Assembly: GCA_027050205.1 (NCBI GenBank)
Contig: JALUCS010000118.1
Location: 4,382 to 68,381 of the forward strand
Source: a candidate division WOR-3 bacterium
Lineage (GTDB): Bacteria; Hydrothermota; Hydrothermia; LBFQ01
Length of the DNA: 64,000 bases
Direction of reading: 5' to 3'
The translations under genes were made by a program, and so were the position numbers. Positions 35,459 to 45,417 of this stretch are shown here, piece after piece. The first letter of the stretch is position 1. Each line of letters starts with the position of its first letter. The notes under the pieces were generated by a model. That model saw only the letters and a list, made by a program, of their open reading frames with translations, was not told the origin of the DNA and did no database searches.

Positions 35459-37090
35459 TTAGCGGATGACGATGCTCCTTAAACCGCTCTGGGTCTTCAC
35501 GAAGTAGGAGCCTCTCCTTAGAGGTACGAACTCGTAGTCGGAGGACTGGCCACTCCCAACGAGACGGCCGGCGGGGTCGTATATGCGGTAGGTACCTTTG
35601 ACCTTCAGGCCACCCTTGACCACAACCACGTTATTCTCGGCTACGGACGGGGCCTCCTCTATGCCGGTGGCCGGCGTGAAGAAGTGGTAGTCGTAGCGCA
35701 CATCAAAGTCGTTCGTATTATTCCACCTTCTGGACCACGCCACGTGGAGGAACTGCTCGCTTATAAGGGTATCCTCGGAGCTGGTGATGACGGGGTGCCA
35801 GGTCGTAAGGACGCCGTACTTAAAGGAGGGGTCGTTGATGCTGTCCTTGTAGATATAGTAACCACCGGACAGCGGCAGAGCAGCGACTATTACCCTCATC
35901 GTATCCGTTATGGAATCAACCGGTGTATCCTTGTCTCCGTAAAGGTAGGATACCCACACGGTATCGGCAGCGAAGGCCATGGTGGGCCATAGCTCGTCAT
36001 CCAATGTGGTACCGCAACTATGCCAGTTGAAGGAAGAACCGCCGTCCGTACTGTACTGTATGTAGCAGTCGTAGTCCGTTGAGGAGTAAGGATAGGTATA
36101 GACCACACCGACGTAGGGGCCTCCCCTCCTACCCTTTACGTGGGGGAATAAACCTTTACCGAAGCTGGCGGACCTCGCCGTCCAGGAGCTACCGAAGGAG
36201 GAGGTGGCCAGGAGTACGGTGTCCCCGTTGGTCATATAGGCGAGGAAGAGCTTCGCACCGCTGGAGTAGAAGTGATCTATGCTCATCCTGTTGGCGGTAC
36301 CCGTATCTCCTATGGCATAGGCTATGCCGCCGTAAGAGGTGTACGTGGTAGTGTCGGGATTGTCTATCCGTACGAACATAACGGAGTCCTTGTTGGCGTT
36401 CCAGTAGGCGTAGTAGACCCAAACGGCGCTGCTGTACGTCTCGTAGTCCGTCGTCACCGTGGGGAAGTCCTCAAAGTCTCCGGCGAGGGAAAGGTAATAC
36501 ATATACTTCGTAGCATCGGATCGCCTTACCTTGAGGAGACGGGGGTCGTGATCCGTTGAGGAAAAAACCTTGGAGAAGGCTACATAGACGTAGTTCCCAT
36601 CTATAGCCATATCGGGATTGCGGAGGTCCCCGGAGTAGGAGTAGGACGTCCAGCGGCTCCAGGAGATGCTGCGGCTACTGTAGTTTACGACACCCCTGTA
36701 CAGGACTATGCTGTCCCGGAGGGTGATGGCAGCGTAGAGGGTGTCGCTCCTCGGATCCTTCACAACGTCAAAGTACTTCTCGTCCAACCCGGACGTCCTC
36801 GCGAGTATACCGTCCAAGGACTCCCAGAGGGGCTTAACGGAACTCGGCGGAGAGAAAGGCTTACGGCGGTTCTCGTAGACCTCGTCCTTCAGCCTGCCCA
36901 TCTCCTGGACGAGGCGGTCGTCTATGACCGTACCACCGTAGTGCGCCCTTAGGAGCCTGGCCGCCTCCGCGCCCTTGCCCTCCCTCTTGAGGGCGTCCGC
37001 CTGAATATCTACGGCGGTTATCCGATGCAGGTTAGCCCGTATGGTGCGCGCCTCTACGGGCTTATCCACCATTGCTATGATCCACATCAT
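35459..37090 (-). CDS. BNR/Asp-box repeat protein (sialidase-like beta-propeller), S/T/Y-rich; the C-terminal ~45 aa are weakly similar to a Por/T9SS sorting domain
   Basis: Asp-box-like motifs YSTDGGSSFNW and TSSFGSSWTA. The C-terminus is GTYRIYDPAGRLVGSG..YEFVPLRRGSYFVKTQSGLRSIVIR. No convincing signal peptide at the annotated start. Confidence 0.55.
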   Translation of the reverse strand: MMWIIAMVDKPVEARTIRANLHRITAVDIQADALKREGKGAEAARLLRAHYGGTVIDDRLVQEMGRLKDEVYENRRKPFSPPSSVKPLWESLDGILARTSGLDEKYFDVVKDPRSDTLYAAITLRDSIVLYRGVVNYSSRSISWSRWTSYSYSGDLRNPDMAIDGNYVYVAFSKVFSSTDHDPRLLKVRRSDATKYMYYLSLAGDFEDFPTVTTDYETYSSAVWVYYAYWNANKDSVMFVRIDNPDTTTYTSYGGIAYAIGDTGTANRMSIDHFYSSGAKLFLAYMTNGDTVLLATSSFGSSWTARSASFGKGLFPHVKGRRGGPYVGVVYTYPYSSTDYDCYIQYSTDGGSSFNWHSCGTTLDDELWPTMAFAADTVWVSYLYGDKDTPVDSITDTMRVIVAALPLSGGYYIYKDSINDPSFKYGVLTTWHPVITSSEDTLISEQFLHVAWSRRWNNTNDFDVRYDYHFFTPATGIEEAPSVAENNVVVVKGGLKVKGTYRIYDPAGRLVGSGQSSDYEFVPLRRGSYFVKTQSGLRSIVIR

Positions 37091-37208
37091 AACTCTTACC
37101 TCCTGGTTTGCTGGTTAAGGGGTATATTATACGGGAAGTGCGAGACGATTTAGGGGAGTCTTGCAAGGCTGCCCATTTTCTCCCTCATCGCCAGTATAAT
37201 AGCCGCTT

Positions 37209-37394
37209 ATGGCGACCAAGGCGCAGATGGAGAAGATGAAGAGGAAGCCCAAGTACAGGGTGAGGTACCGCAACAGGTGCAAGATATGCGGGAGGGACCA
37301 CGGCTACATAAGGCAGTTCGGGATATGCCGTATCTGCTTCCGCGAGATGGCCCTATTCGGAAAGCTACCGGGTGTAGTTAAAGCTTCCTGGTAA
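37209..37394 (+). CDS. rpsN: 30S ribosomal protein S14, zinc-binding type Z (61 aa)
   Basis: Motif [23 protein letters not shown] (C-x2-C...C-x2-C). Confidence 0.9.
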   Translation: MATKAQMEKMKRKPKYRVRYRNRCKICGRDHGYIRQFGICRICFREMALFGKLPGVVKASW

Positions 37395-37417
37395 TCGCAC
37401 ACAAGGAGGTAAAGGGT

Positions 37418-37813
37418 ATGCTTACGGATCCTATCGCCGACATGCTAACCCGGATAAGGAACGCCATAACGGCCGGGAAGAAGGAGACCATCGTAGAGCC
37501 GGTCTCCAAGTTCAAGATGGCCATCCTTGACGTCCTCAAGCGCGAGGGCTACATAGACGGGTACAAGGTTGAGGGGGAGGGCGTCAAGAAGAGGTTGAAG
37601 GTCTACATCCGCTACCACAAAGGGCAGCCCGTTATAAGGCACATAGAGAGGGTCTCCAAGCCCGGCCGTCGGGTGTATGTCGGAGTTGAGGAGATACCCA
37701 AGGTGTATAACGGCCTTGGGATAGCCATACTTTCCACGTCCAAAGGTGTCCTCTCCGACCGCGAGGCCAAGCGCCTAAGGGTAGGCGGAGAGCTGATAGC
37801 GAAGGTCTTCTAA
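37418..37813 (+). CDS. rpsH: 30S ribosomal protein S8
   Basis: The MLTDPIADMLTRIRNA N-terminus is diagnostic. Confidence 0.9.
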   Translation: MLTDPIADMLTRIRNAITAGKKETIVEPVSKFKMAILDVLKREGYIDGYKVEGEGVKKRLKVYIRYHKGQPVIRHIERVSKPGRRVYVGVEEIPKVYNGLGIAILSTSKGVLSDREAKRLRVGGELIAKVF

Positions 37814-37823
37814 GGGGGGAAAT

Positions 37824-38432
37824 ATGTCAAGGCTCATAAAGAAACCCATAGTCTTACCTTCTGGAGTTCAGCTGGAGGTCAAGGAGGGAGAGGGGAAGTT
37901 CAAGGGCGAGATGGTGAGGGGGAAGATCTTCCACTTCAAGGGACCGAAGGGGGAGATGGAGGTCTTCGTTCCCCCGATGGTTGAGGTTGAGGTAAAGGAC
38001 AAGGAGATATGGGTGAAACCTATAGACCCCAAGAGCGTCCCCAAGCCCGACCGTAAGTTGGCCAAGGCCTTACCGGGTACCATCTACCGCCACCTATCCA
38101 ACGCCATCAAAGGGGTGACCGAAGGGTACCGCAAGGAGCTGAAGGTCGTAGGCACCGGATACCGTGTCAGGTTGGAGGGGGACAGGTTCGTCTTTACGGT
38201 GGGGTACTCCCATCCGGTGTACTACAAGGTCCCGGAGGAGTACCGGAAGTACGTCAAGGCCGAGGTCAAGGGCGTGGATACGGTTATCGTAAGTGGCACC
38301 AGCAAGGAGCTTGTCGGCCTCGTCGCCGCCCAGATACGGTCCATAAAGGAGCCGAACATCTACACCGGTAAGGGGATCCGCTACGCCGACGAGGTGATAG
38401 TCCTCAAGCCCACGAAGAAGACCAAGGTATAA
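37824..38432 (+). CDS. rplF: 50S ribosomal protein L6
   Basis: N-terminal [10 protein letters not shown]-terminal [11 protein letters not shown]...LKPTKK. It lies in the expected spc position. Confidence 0.8.
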   Translation: MSRLIKKPIVLPSGVQLEVKEGEGKFKGEMVRGKIFHFKGPKGEMEVFVPPMVEVEVKDKEIWVKPIDPKSVPKPDRKLAKALPGTIYRHLSNAIKGVTEGYRKELKVVGTGYRVRLEGDRFVFTVGYSHPVYYKVPEEYRKYVKAEVKGVDTVIVSGTSKELVGLVAAQIRSIKEPNIYTGKGIRYADEVIVLKPTKKTKV

Positions 38433-38443
38433 GGGGGTTTGCT

Positions 38444-38839
38444 ATGAGGTACGTATCTGAAAGGAGAAAGACCGAGTACCGCCTCAAGAGGCGGAAGAGG
38501 AGGCACCTTAGGGTGCGAAAGAAGGTGGAGGGGACGCCGGAGAGACCCCGCCTCGTAGTGTTCAGGTCCAACAAGCACATATACGCCCAGATAGTCCTGG
38601 ACCCGCCCTTCAAGTCTTCCATAGTCATAACGGGTGCCTCCACCCTATCTCCGGAGATAAGGGAGAAGATAAAGGGTATGAAGAAGACGGAGCAGGCTCG
38701 CGAGGTGGGTAAGCTCATAGCCCAGCGGGCCAAAGAGAAGGGCATAACCAAGGTGGTGTTTGACAGGGCCGGGTACAAGTATCACGGCCGCGTTAAGGCT
38801 CTGGCCGAGGGCGCCAGAGAGGGCGGACTCATCTTTTAA
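38444..38839 (+). CDS. rplR: 50S ribosomal protein L18
   Basis: [18 protein letters not shown], and the C-terminal [20 protein letters not shown]. Confidence 0.85.
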   Translation: MRYVSERRKTEYRLKRRKRRHLRVRKKVEGTPERPRLVVFRSNKHIYAQIVLDPPFKSSIVITGASTLSPEIREKIKGMKKTEQAREVGKLIAQRAKEKGITKVVFDRAGYKYHGRVKALAEGAREGGLIF

Positions 38840-38852
38840 AAGGAGGTGAAGG

Positions 38853-39383
38853 ATGGAAGAGCAACTGATTGAAACTACGGTGATCATAAGGCGCACGTCC
38901 AAGATGACCTCCGGAGGGCGTAAGTTTCACATAGACGCCTGGGTGGTCGTAGGGGACGGAAACGGGCGAGTGGGCGTGGGCCACGGTAAGGCCCAGGAGA
39001 CCCCCGACGCCATTCAGAAGGCCATCCGTAGGGCCAAGAAGAATATGATAAGGGCCATCGTCTGGAGGGGGACCGTACCCCACGACATACAGGTCAAGTT
39101 CAAGGCCACGAAGCTCCTGATAAAGCCCGCCTCCCCCGGTACGGGTATCATAGCCTCCCGGCCGGTGCGAGCCATCTTGGAGGCCGCCGGCTACCGGAAC
39201 GTACTCACCAAGCTCATCGGCTCCACCAACCCCATAAACGCCCTCTACGCCACCATAAAGGCCCTATCTATGATGCGGAGTCCCGACGAGGTTCTAAGCG
39301 CCAGGGGGAAGAAGAAGAGGGTAAGGCCTACGGCGAAGGAGGAGGTGAAGGATGAGAAAGCTCCGGATAACGTTGAAGCGTAG
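38853..39383 (+). CDS. rpsE: 30S ribosomal protein S5
   Basis: RRTSKMTSGGRKFHIDAWVVVGDGNGRVGVGHGKAQE is the S5 dsRBD signature. Confidence 0.9.
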   Translation: MEEQLIETTVIIRRTSKMTSGGRKFHIDAWVVVGDGNGRVGVGHGKAQETPDAIQKAIRRAKKNMIRAIVWRGTVPHDIQVKFKATKLLIKPASPGTGIIASRPVRAILEAAGYRNVLTKLIGSTNPINALYATIKALSMMRSPDEVLSARGKKKRVRPTAKEEVKDEKAPDNVEA

Positions 39384-39537
39384 CCTCATAGACAAGAGCA
39401 AGAAGACGAAGAGGATCATCCGCTCCCTCGGCTTGAGGAGGATAGGTCAGACGGTGATCCATAAGGACGTCCCCGCCATCCGCGGGCAGGTTGAGAAGGT
39501 AAGGCGGTACATAGAGGTTGAGGAGATAGAGGATTGA
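39352..39537 (+). CDS. rpmD: 50S ribosomal protein L30
   Basis: MRKLRITLKRSLIDKSKKTKRIIRSLGLRRIGQTV matches L30. It overlaps the 3' end of rpsE. Confidence 0.8.
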   Translation: MRKLRITLKRSLIDKSKKTKRIIRSLGLRRIGQTVIHKDVPAIRGQVEKVRRYIEVEEIED

Positions 39538-40577
39538 GGGGATTCCTCCGGAACTTGGTGACCTTCTTCAAGCCGGAGATAGCCGTAGATCTGGGAACCT
39601 CCACTACCCTGATATACCTCAAGGGTGAAGGGATAGTCCTACGGGAGGCCTCCGTCATCGCTCTGGACGCCAACACCAAGGAGGTGGTGGCCGTAGGCGA
39701 CGCCGCCAAGCGTATGCTCGGCAAGACCCACGAGGGCCTCATAGCCAAACGTCCGATAAAGGACGGAGTCATACACAACCTTGAGTACGTCCAGATGATG
39801 CTCGCCGAGTTCCGCAAGAGGGTGATAAAGAACTTCATAGCCAACCCGACTATGCTGATGGCCATCCCCTCCGGGGCCAACGACGTTGAGCGTAAGGCCA
39901 CCATAGACGCCGCCAAGAGCGTAGGGGCCAACCAGGTCTATCTGATAGAGGAACCGGTCGCCTCCGCCGTCGGTATAGGCCTGAACGTCTTTGAGCCGCA
40001 GGGCCATATGATAGTGGATATAGGAGGTGGAACCTCCGAGATCGCCATCATCTCCCTCGCCGGTGTGGTGGCCAAACAGCCCATAAGGGTAGCCGGGGAC
40101 GAGATGAACGAGGCTATAGCGGACTACATCCGCCGGGTCTACAACATAGCCATAGACGAGAACATAGCCGAGGAGATAAAGATAAAGATTGGGGACGTCT
40201 ATGGCGATCGGAACGATGAGATGGTGATAAGGGGGTGGGAGGTCTTCTCCCGGAAGCCCACGGAGATAGTGGTGAAGTCGTCTGACGTAAAGGAGGCCCT
40301 CAAGGGGGTGATAGACTCCCTCGCCCAGGCTATCAGGAAGGTCCTGGATATGGCGGAGCCATCCGTCGTTAGGGACGTCCTTGAGGAGGGGATATACCTG
40401 ACGGGGGGAGGTTCCACCATAGAGGGGTTGGACAGGCGTCTGGAGGAGGAGACGGGAGTGAAGTTCATAAGGGCGGAGAACCCGTACGAGAGCGTAGCCA
40501 GGGGGGCGGGTATAGTCCTTGAGAACATAGACAGGAACCCGGAGTACAAGAAGCTGTTGGTGGCGGCCAGTAGGTGA
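39534..40577 (+). CDS. mreB: Rod shape-determining protein MreB
   Basis: IAVDLGTSTTLIYLKGEGIV (actin phosphate-1), DIGGGTSEIAIIS and LTGGGS. Confidence 0.9.
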   Translation: MRGFLRNLVTFFKPEIAVDLGTSTTLIYLKGEGIVLREASVIALDANTKEVVAVGDAAKRMLGKTHEGLIAKRPIKDGVIHNLEYVQMMLAEFRKRVIKNFIANPTMLMAIPSGANDVERKATIDAAKSVGANQVYLIEEPVASAVGIGLNVFEPQGHMIVDIGGGTSEIAIISLAGVVAKQPIRVAGDEMNEAIADYIRRVYNIAIDENIAEEIKIKIGDVYGDRNDEMVIRGWEVFSRKPTEIVVKSSDVKEALKGVIDSLAQAIRKVLDMAEPSVVRDVLEEGIYLTGGGSTIEGLDRRLEEETGVKFIRAENPYESVARGAGIVLENIDRNPEYKKLLVAASR

Positions 40578-40578
40578 T

Positions 40579-41274
40579 ATGTTCCCCCCCCGGTTGAAGA
40601 TGGACCTCAACAGGTGGGAGGTCCTGGCGCTTTTTGTCTCCCTTTCATTCCTCTTTCCCTTCGTCAAGGAGGGGGCCTTCTGGCTTGGACTCCCTAACCT
40701 CCTCTCCCCCTTCTTCGGTGTGAGGGCCTGGATATACACACTAACGGAGCTCCGTCTTCAGAGGGACGAACTCCTTAGGAGTAGATCGGAGGTCGTGGTG
40801 GTGAACCCCGTAGATACGGCTTCCAGTTTCCCTGTACGGTACAAGGGCCGGTGCCACCTCTTGGAAGCCTCATCACCCTATTACCCGGAGAGGGTCACCG
40901 TCAGGTGCGACACCCTCCCCGCCCCTGGGGACCTCCTCTGGGCGGTCGGCTTGGTGGGTAGGGTGATGACGACGATAGGGAGGACCGGGGAGGCCCTGAC
41001 CCTGCACTCCGGAGAGTTCTACATAAGGGTGTTTGACCTAAGGTCCGGGGTGTGGGGGACGTTGAAAGGGGGTAGAATACCCGCAGTAAGGTTCCTGCCG
41101 GAGGCGGCGGACGTCAAGGTGGGCGATACCTTAGTGGCCTACGATCACCCAGGTGTGGTCGTGGGGGTGGTGGAGAGGATAGTACCGGAACCGCCCTTCG
41201 TTCGCCTGAACGTTAGACCCGTATGGAGGTACTACGTATGGACAGAGTTCGCCCTGTTGAAACCGCTCTACTGA
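40579..41274 (+). CDS. mreC: Rod shape-determining protein MreC (divergent)
   Basis: Immediately downstream of mreB. An N-terminal TM, a short coiled coil, and a beta domain with VGDTLV....GVVVGVVERI. Confidence 0.55.
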   Translation: MFPPRLKMDLNRWEVLALFVSLSFLFPFVKEGAFWLGLPNLLSPFFGVRAWIYTLTELRLQRDELLRSRSEVVVVNPVDTASSFPVRYKGRCHLLEASSPYYPERVTVRCDTLPAPGDLLWAVGLVGRVMTTIGRTGEALTLHSGEFYIRVFDLRSGVWGTLKGGRIPAVRFLPEAADVKVGDTLVAYDHPGVVVGVVERIVPEPPFVRLNVRPVWRYYVWTEFALLKPLY

Positions 41275-42455
41275 TAGGGCTTCTCCTCATCGTCCTGAAC
41301 GTCCTGAACCCGTTCGTGGAGTTGGGAAGACTCATCGTTCATATCTCACCGGTGGACGTGGTCTTCGCCCTCGTCGGCGCCTCCGCCCTCGTCTTCCGTA
41401 GGAGGGAGACCCTGACCCTGATAAGACGGAACTCTACGTACTATCTCCTCTCCGGTCTCTTCATCACCTCCGTACTGCTGTCGGCCCTCCTATCCCCTCA
41501 CAGGGCCGTACCCCTTAGGGAGAGCATCCAGATGATAGCCTACCTGTGGATCTTGCCCCTCATCTTGGCCTACGAGCCGAACGTACCTTGGGTGTATAGG
41601 ACGGGGGCGAAGGCTTTAACCGTAGTGGGGGCTTTTCTCCTGGTTCCCTACTTCTACTTCTTCGGTTGGGTCCGGTTCAATCCCTTCAACATCCACGCCA
41701 ACATAACCGGCTTCCTGTTCGCCCTGTTCTCCCTGATCCTAACCCATTACGGGGAAACGGGGATGGCCGTCCTATCAACCGTAGTGGCCTCCTTTACCTT
41801 CTCCAGGGCGGCTCTGGGGTCCCTGTTCTCCACCCTCCTGATGAAGGGGTTCTTGGAGCGTAAAAGGTGGCTGCCCCACCTATCCCTCGCCGCCCTTTCC
41901 GTTGCCCTTCTGTTCGCCTCTCCCTACGCCTTGAGGGGTTTCATAAAGGTCAGGGATCACATCAAGAGTAAGCTCGTGAGGGTTGAGGGAGGGATAGGCT
42001 ACAAACCACCGATAGACGTCTTGAGGGGGAAGGGGTACGAGATGATAAGGGTATTGATGTGGGAGTCCTCCTTGGAAATGTGGGAGGAGAAACCGCTAAC
42101 GGGTATAGGGTTGGGAAGGTTCCGGGAGGAGTGGGAGTCGGAGTGCAGGGAGGGAAAACTACCCGATAGGTTGTGCGTCAAGTGGGTGGGGAACGTAGAC
42201 CCTCACAACGTGTTCCTCCACGTCCTTAGCGAGACCGGTATAGTGGGCCTTACGACCTTCCTCCTCCTTTTCGCCTTTGTGGCCCTTAGGGTAGCAGGGA
42301 ACAGCCTCGCCCTATCCGTCCTCGTTATGACCTTCCTCTTCGCCCTCCTCCAACCCTTCCCCCTCTTCATACGCAACCTCGCCCCGATCGTATGGCTCCT
42401 ACTCTTCTACGGTGGTGTGATAAGATGGAGGAATCCCGGAGGACCCGACGCCTAA
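41223..42455 (+). CDS. O-antigen ligase (Wzy_C/WaaL) family membrane protein
   Basis: 10+ TM segments. The periplasmic-loop motif GIGLGRF.......HNVFLHVLSETGIVGL is typical of Wzy_C. Confidence 0.55.
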   Translation: MEVLRMDRVRPVETALLIGLLLIVLNVLNPFVELGRLIVHISPVDVVFALVGASALVFRRRETLTLIRRNSTYYLLSGLFITSVLLSALLSPHRAVPLRESIQMIAYLWILPLILAYEPNVPWVYRTGAKALTVVGAFLLVPYFYFFGWVRFNPFNIHANITGFLFALFSLILTHYGETGMAVLSTVVASFTFSRAALGSLFSTLLMKGFLERKRWLPHLSLAALSVALLFASPYALRGFIKVRDHIKSKLVRVEGGIGYKPPIDVLRGKGYEMIRVLMWESSLEMWEEKPLTGIGLGRFREEWESECREGKLPDRLCVKWVGNVDPHNVFLHVLSETGIVGLTTFLLLFAFVALRVAGNSLALSVLVMTFLFALLQPFPLFIRNLAPIVWLLLFYGGVIRWRNPGGPDA

Positions 42456-43810
42456 CCTTCCTCGTCTTGTCCCTGCTGATTCTTCTTATGTCGCCCTATC
42501 TGTTCTCTTTCGGAATGTTCTTTGACGGCCTAACCTACGCCGCCGTCTCCCGCAACCTCGCCATCGGCTTCGGCACCCTCTGGAAGCCCGCCTACAGCCT
42601 GACCATCGGGAGGGAGTTCTACGGCCACCCCCCTCTGGGCTTCTGGCTCCAGTCCGTCGCCTACCGCCTCTTTGGGGATCACCTGTGGGTGGATAAGGCA
42701 TTTACCTACGCCGTAGCCTCCTTGAACCTCCTCCTCTTCTACCTCCTCTACCGTTCCATCCGCAGGTACGGGGACCCCGGCTTCTGGGCGCCCCTTCTCC
42801 TCCTCGTCTCCTTCCACTCCTACCGTTGGGTCATTAGGAACGGCCTCCTGGAGAACACTATGACCTCCTTCGTCCTACTCGCCCTGATCCTCTACACCCT
42901 CTCTCTCCGCCGCCCGTACTACGGTATCCCTGCGGGCCTATCCGTCCTCGCCGCTTTCCTCGTCAAGGGTCCGGTTGGGACCTTCCCCTTGGTCTCCCCC
43001 CTCCTCTTACCGTCTCCGTCCCCTAAGAAGAGGCTGGCCCCCTTCCTCTTGAGCGTAGTTGCCTTCTCCCTATCTTTCGCCCTCTTGATGCTCCTTCCGG
43101 AGGTGCGGCACTTCTTCTCGGAGTACCTCCACCACCAGATTTTCAGAAGCGTAACCGGGGGGGAGAACCCCGCCCCCTCCCGCCTCTACATCCTCTACGC
43201 CATCGCTACGGAGATGGCCTTCCCCTCCCTCTTCCTCATCCCCCTATCCTTTCTCCTCCACCTGAAACGGGAGGTGTGGGTGGAGTGGGACGGACGTACC
43301 CTCGGCCTCCTCCTCCTCGCCCTCTCCGGCAGCCTCCCCATAATGTTGAGCCTCAAACAGGCCCGTTTCTACCTCCATCCCTCCCTGTTCATCTACGCCC
43401 TCTTCCTGACCTCCCTCTTCCGTCCCGCCCTTAGGAGGTTGGAGTCTTGGCGACCGGTGGATAGGTTGGCCCTACCTACGGGCATCATATTCCTGCTTGC
43501 GGCCCTACCCGTGGCCCTTAGGTTCGCGGGGACTGGGAAGGGGGGCTACGAGCCTTTCTACAGGGACTTCGTTGAGAACCCCCTACACCTCAACCTAAAG
43601 CACCACGAGTACCTCTCCGTATGCCCAAGGGGACTGTACGGGAACTGGAGTATGTTTGCCGGTATGGAGAGGGCGTTTATGTTGAGTATGACCCGGCGGG
43701 ACGGTTCTCCCTTCCTGTTGGTGAGCCGAGGGGAGTGCCGGAGTATCCCCGACGGCTACCTCCCCATCCACGAGGGGAAGCAGTTCGTCCTGTACCGGAG
43801 GGTCAGGTAG
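42425..43810 (+). CDS. Glycosyltransferase family 39 (ArnT/PMT-like, GT-C) membrane protein
   Basis: N-terminal FDGLTYAAVSRNL...FYGHPPLGFWL resembles the ArnT/PMT loop-1 motif. Multi-TM. ORF track frame 42392-43810; the Met at 42425 is taken as the start. Confidence 0.6.
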   Translation: MEESRRTRRLTFLVLSLLILLMSPYLFSFGMFFDGLTYAAVSRNLAIGFGTLWKPAYSLTIGREFYGHPPLGFWLQSVAYRLFGDHLWVDKAFTYAVASLNLLLFYLLYRSIRRYGDPGFWAPLLLLVSFHSYRWVIRNGLLENTMTSFVLLALILYTLSLRRPYYGIPAGLSVLAAFLVKGPVGTFPLVSPLLLPSPSPKKRLAPFLLSVVAFSLSFALLMLLPEVRHFFSEYLHHQIFRSVTGGENPAPSRLYILYAIATEMAFPSLFLIPLSFLLHLKREVWVEWDGRTLGLLLLALSGSLPIMLSLKQARFYLHPSLFIYALFLTSLFRPALRRLESWRPVDRLALPTGIIFLLAALPVALRFAGTGKGGYEPFYRDFVENPLHLNLKHHEYLSVCPRGLYGNWSMFAGMERAFMLSMTRRDGSPFLLVSRGECRSIPDGYLPIHEGKQFVLYRRVR

Positions 43811-43811
43811 G

Positions 43812-45068
43812 TCACCGCTCAAGGACGGAGTACCTCAAGAGGAGCCTACCGTCAGCCCATACGGTTACGCTCCGGCCGATGGCCTTGAACTTCCCCTTGA
43901 AGACGTCCCCCTTCTCCCTACGTATGGGGAACCTCCTCCCCCCACTGACAGCCCAGACCTTTTTGGCTCCCGGAACCTTCAGTTGCAACGTCGCCGTATC
44001 CCCCTTTAGGAAGTATCCGTTTATGGGGCCGTAGAGGTAGGCTCCCATCCTGTAGAAGCGGTCGTACACCTTCACGAACCCCTCGCCGTACGGGTAATCC
44101 ATATCCTGAATCCAGTAGGAGGTGCGGCTGCTGAAGTACTTGGTGAAGGCCAAATCCTCCCTCTTCGTCTTGAGGTCCTTCATCCAAACCTCAACTACGT
44201 ATAGGCCGGTGTCCGGCCATAGGATGTGTATCCGGTAGGTTAGGGTGTCGGAGGGTAGGGTATCCACCCAGAGGTAGTGGAGGGGTTGGCGGAGGCGTTT
44301 GCCAAGGGGTTTGACGTAGAAGACGTAGCCCTTAGGCCCACGCATCTCTAAGTCGTACCGGCCGAAGAAGTTGGGGCTTAGGACGGAGCTGTCCGGACCG
44401 AGGAAGACGAACCCCTTCTTTATGAACCTCTCCGAGGGGCAGGGCATGGCCAGAAACTGCTCCTTGGTTATCTCCCTTCCCTTCCATATCCTGTAGGCCT
44501 TCAAGTTCGGTATCAGGTCGTCCATCCTACTCCATCTTATCTTCTCGGCGTAATGGGTGTATATGAGGGCCTTCGGGGAGACGTCGTAGTAGAAGAGGTC
44601 AAAGTGGGGGTAGAATCGCCTGCTATCCTTGGATACGTACCCCGAACCCCACGTGGGATCGGCCAGTACCCACCTCCCCTTGGCCTCGGAGTAGAAGACC
44701 ACCCAGGCGTGGCCGCCCGCGTTAATTGGGTGCTTCAGGTCGGAGTAGTTCTTCGCCGTACCGACGATTACGTAGGCCACTATCCCCATCTTACGGAGGA
44801 GATGGACCATAAGGTTGGCGTACCCTTCACATACGGTCTTACGCTTCTTCAGAACGCCTTCCGGGTCCGTGGTGGCAAAGTAGGATGTGTCCCACAGGGC
44901 GCGGGTGTCGTACCTTATGTTCCTCGCCACCCAGGTGTAGGTGGCCAGAGCCTTCTCGTAGTCGCTTTTACCGCACCTGTTTAACCTCTTGACCAGAAAC
45001 GGGACTTTACGGCTGTAGGGTATCCGGGCGGCACACCTAACCGGAGATAGGGCGATGAGGAGCATCAC
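43812..45068 (-). CDS. Transglutaminase-like cysteine protease-fold protein
   Basis: Catalytic Cys motif VCEGYANLMVHLLR, then GHAWVVF (His), then ADPTWG (Asp). Confidence 0.7.
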   Translation of the reverse strand: MMLLIALSPVRCAARIPYSRKVPFLVKRLNRCGKSDYEKALATYTWVARNIRYDTRALWDTSYFATTDPEGVLKKRKTVCEGYANLMVHLLRKMGIVAYVIVGTAKNYSDLKHPINAGGHAWVVFYSEAKGRWVLADPTWGSGYVSKDSRRFYPHFDLFYYDVSPKALIYTHYAEKIRWSRMDDLIPNLKAYRIWKGREITKEQFLAMPCPSERFIKKGFVFLGPDSSVLSPNFFGRYDLEMRGPKGYVFYVKPLGKRLRQPLHYLWVDTLPSDTLTYRIHILWPDTGLYVVEVWMKDLKTKREDLAFTKYFSSRTSYWIQDMDYPYGEGFVKVYDRFYRMGAYLYGPINGYFLKGDTATLQLKVPGAKKVWAVSGGRRFPIRREKGDVFKGKFKAIGRSVTVWADGRLLLRYSVLER

Positions 45069-45075
45069 CTGTATT

Positions 45076-45417
45076 TTAAGCCCGATCGGGGGCCTCCCTC
45101 ACCGCCTCCCAATCCACCGGTGGCTCCCCCCTCAAGTCTGCCAGTTTACCCTTGCCTATGAGGATCCAGATGCCGACGGGGAACCTATCCCTGTTCAGGC
45201 GGTACAGCTCCCGGAGTTTCCGCTTTATCCTGTTCCTCCGGACGGCCCTCCTGACCTTCCGCTCAACGGCGAAGAGGACTTTCCTCTGTCCATAGGGGGC
45301 GTACCTGATGACGAGGTAATCGGAGGAGAGTACCGTCCTTGAGTTGCGGAAGGCGTACCTTATCTCCCTCCTGTGGCGGAGGATCTCCCCCTTGTTGAGG
45401 CCGTACCTCTTAGCCAT
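45076..45417 (-). CDS. rnpA: Ribonuclease P protein component
   Basis: Basic ~113 aa with the RNR-like motif (RNRIKRKLRELYR). Typical RnpA pattern. Confidence 0.8.
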   Translation of the reverse strand: MAKRYGLNKGEILRHRREIRYAFRNSRTVLSSDYLVIRYAPYGQRKVLFAVERKVRRAVRRNRIKRKLRELYRLNRDRFPVGIWILIGKGKLADLRGEPPVDWEAVREAPDRA

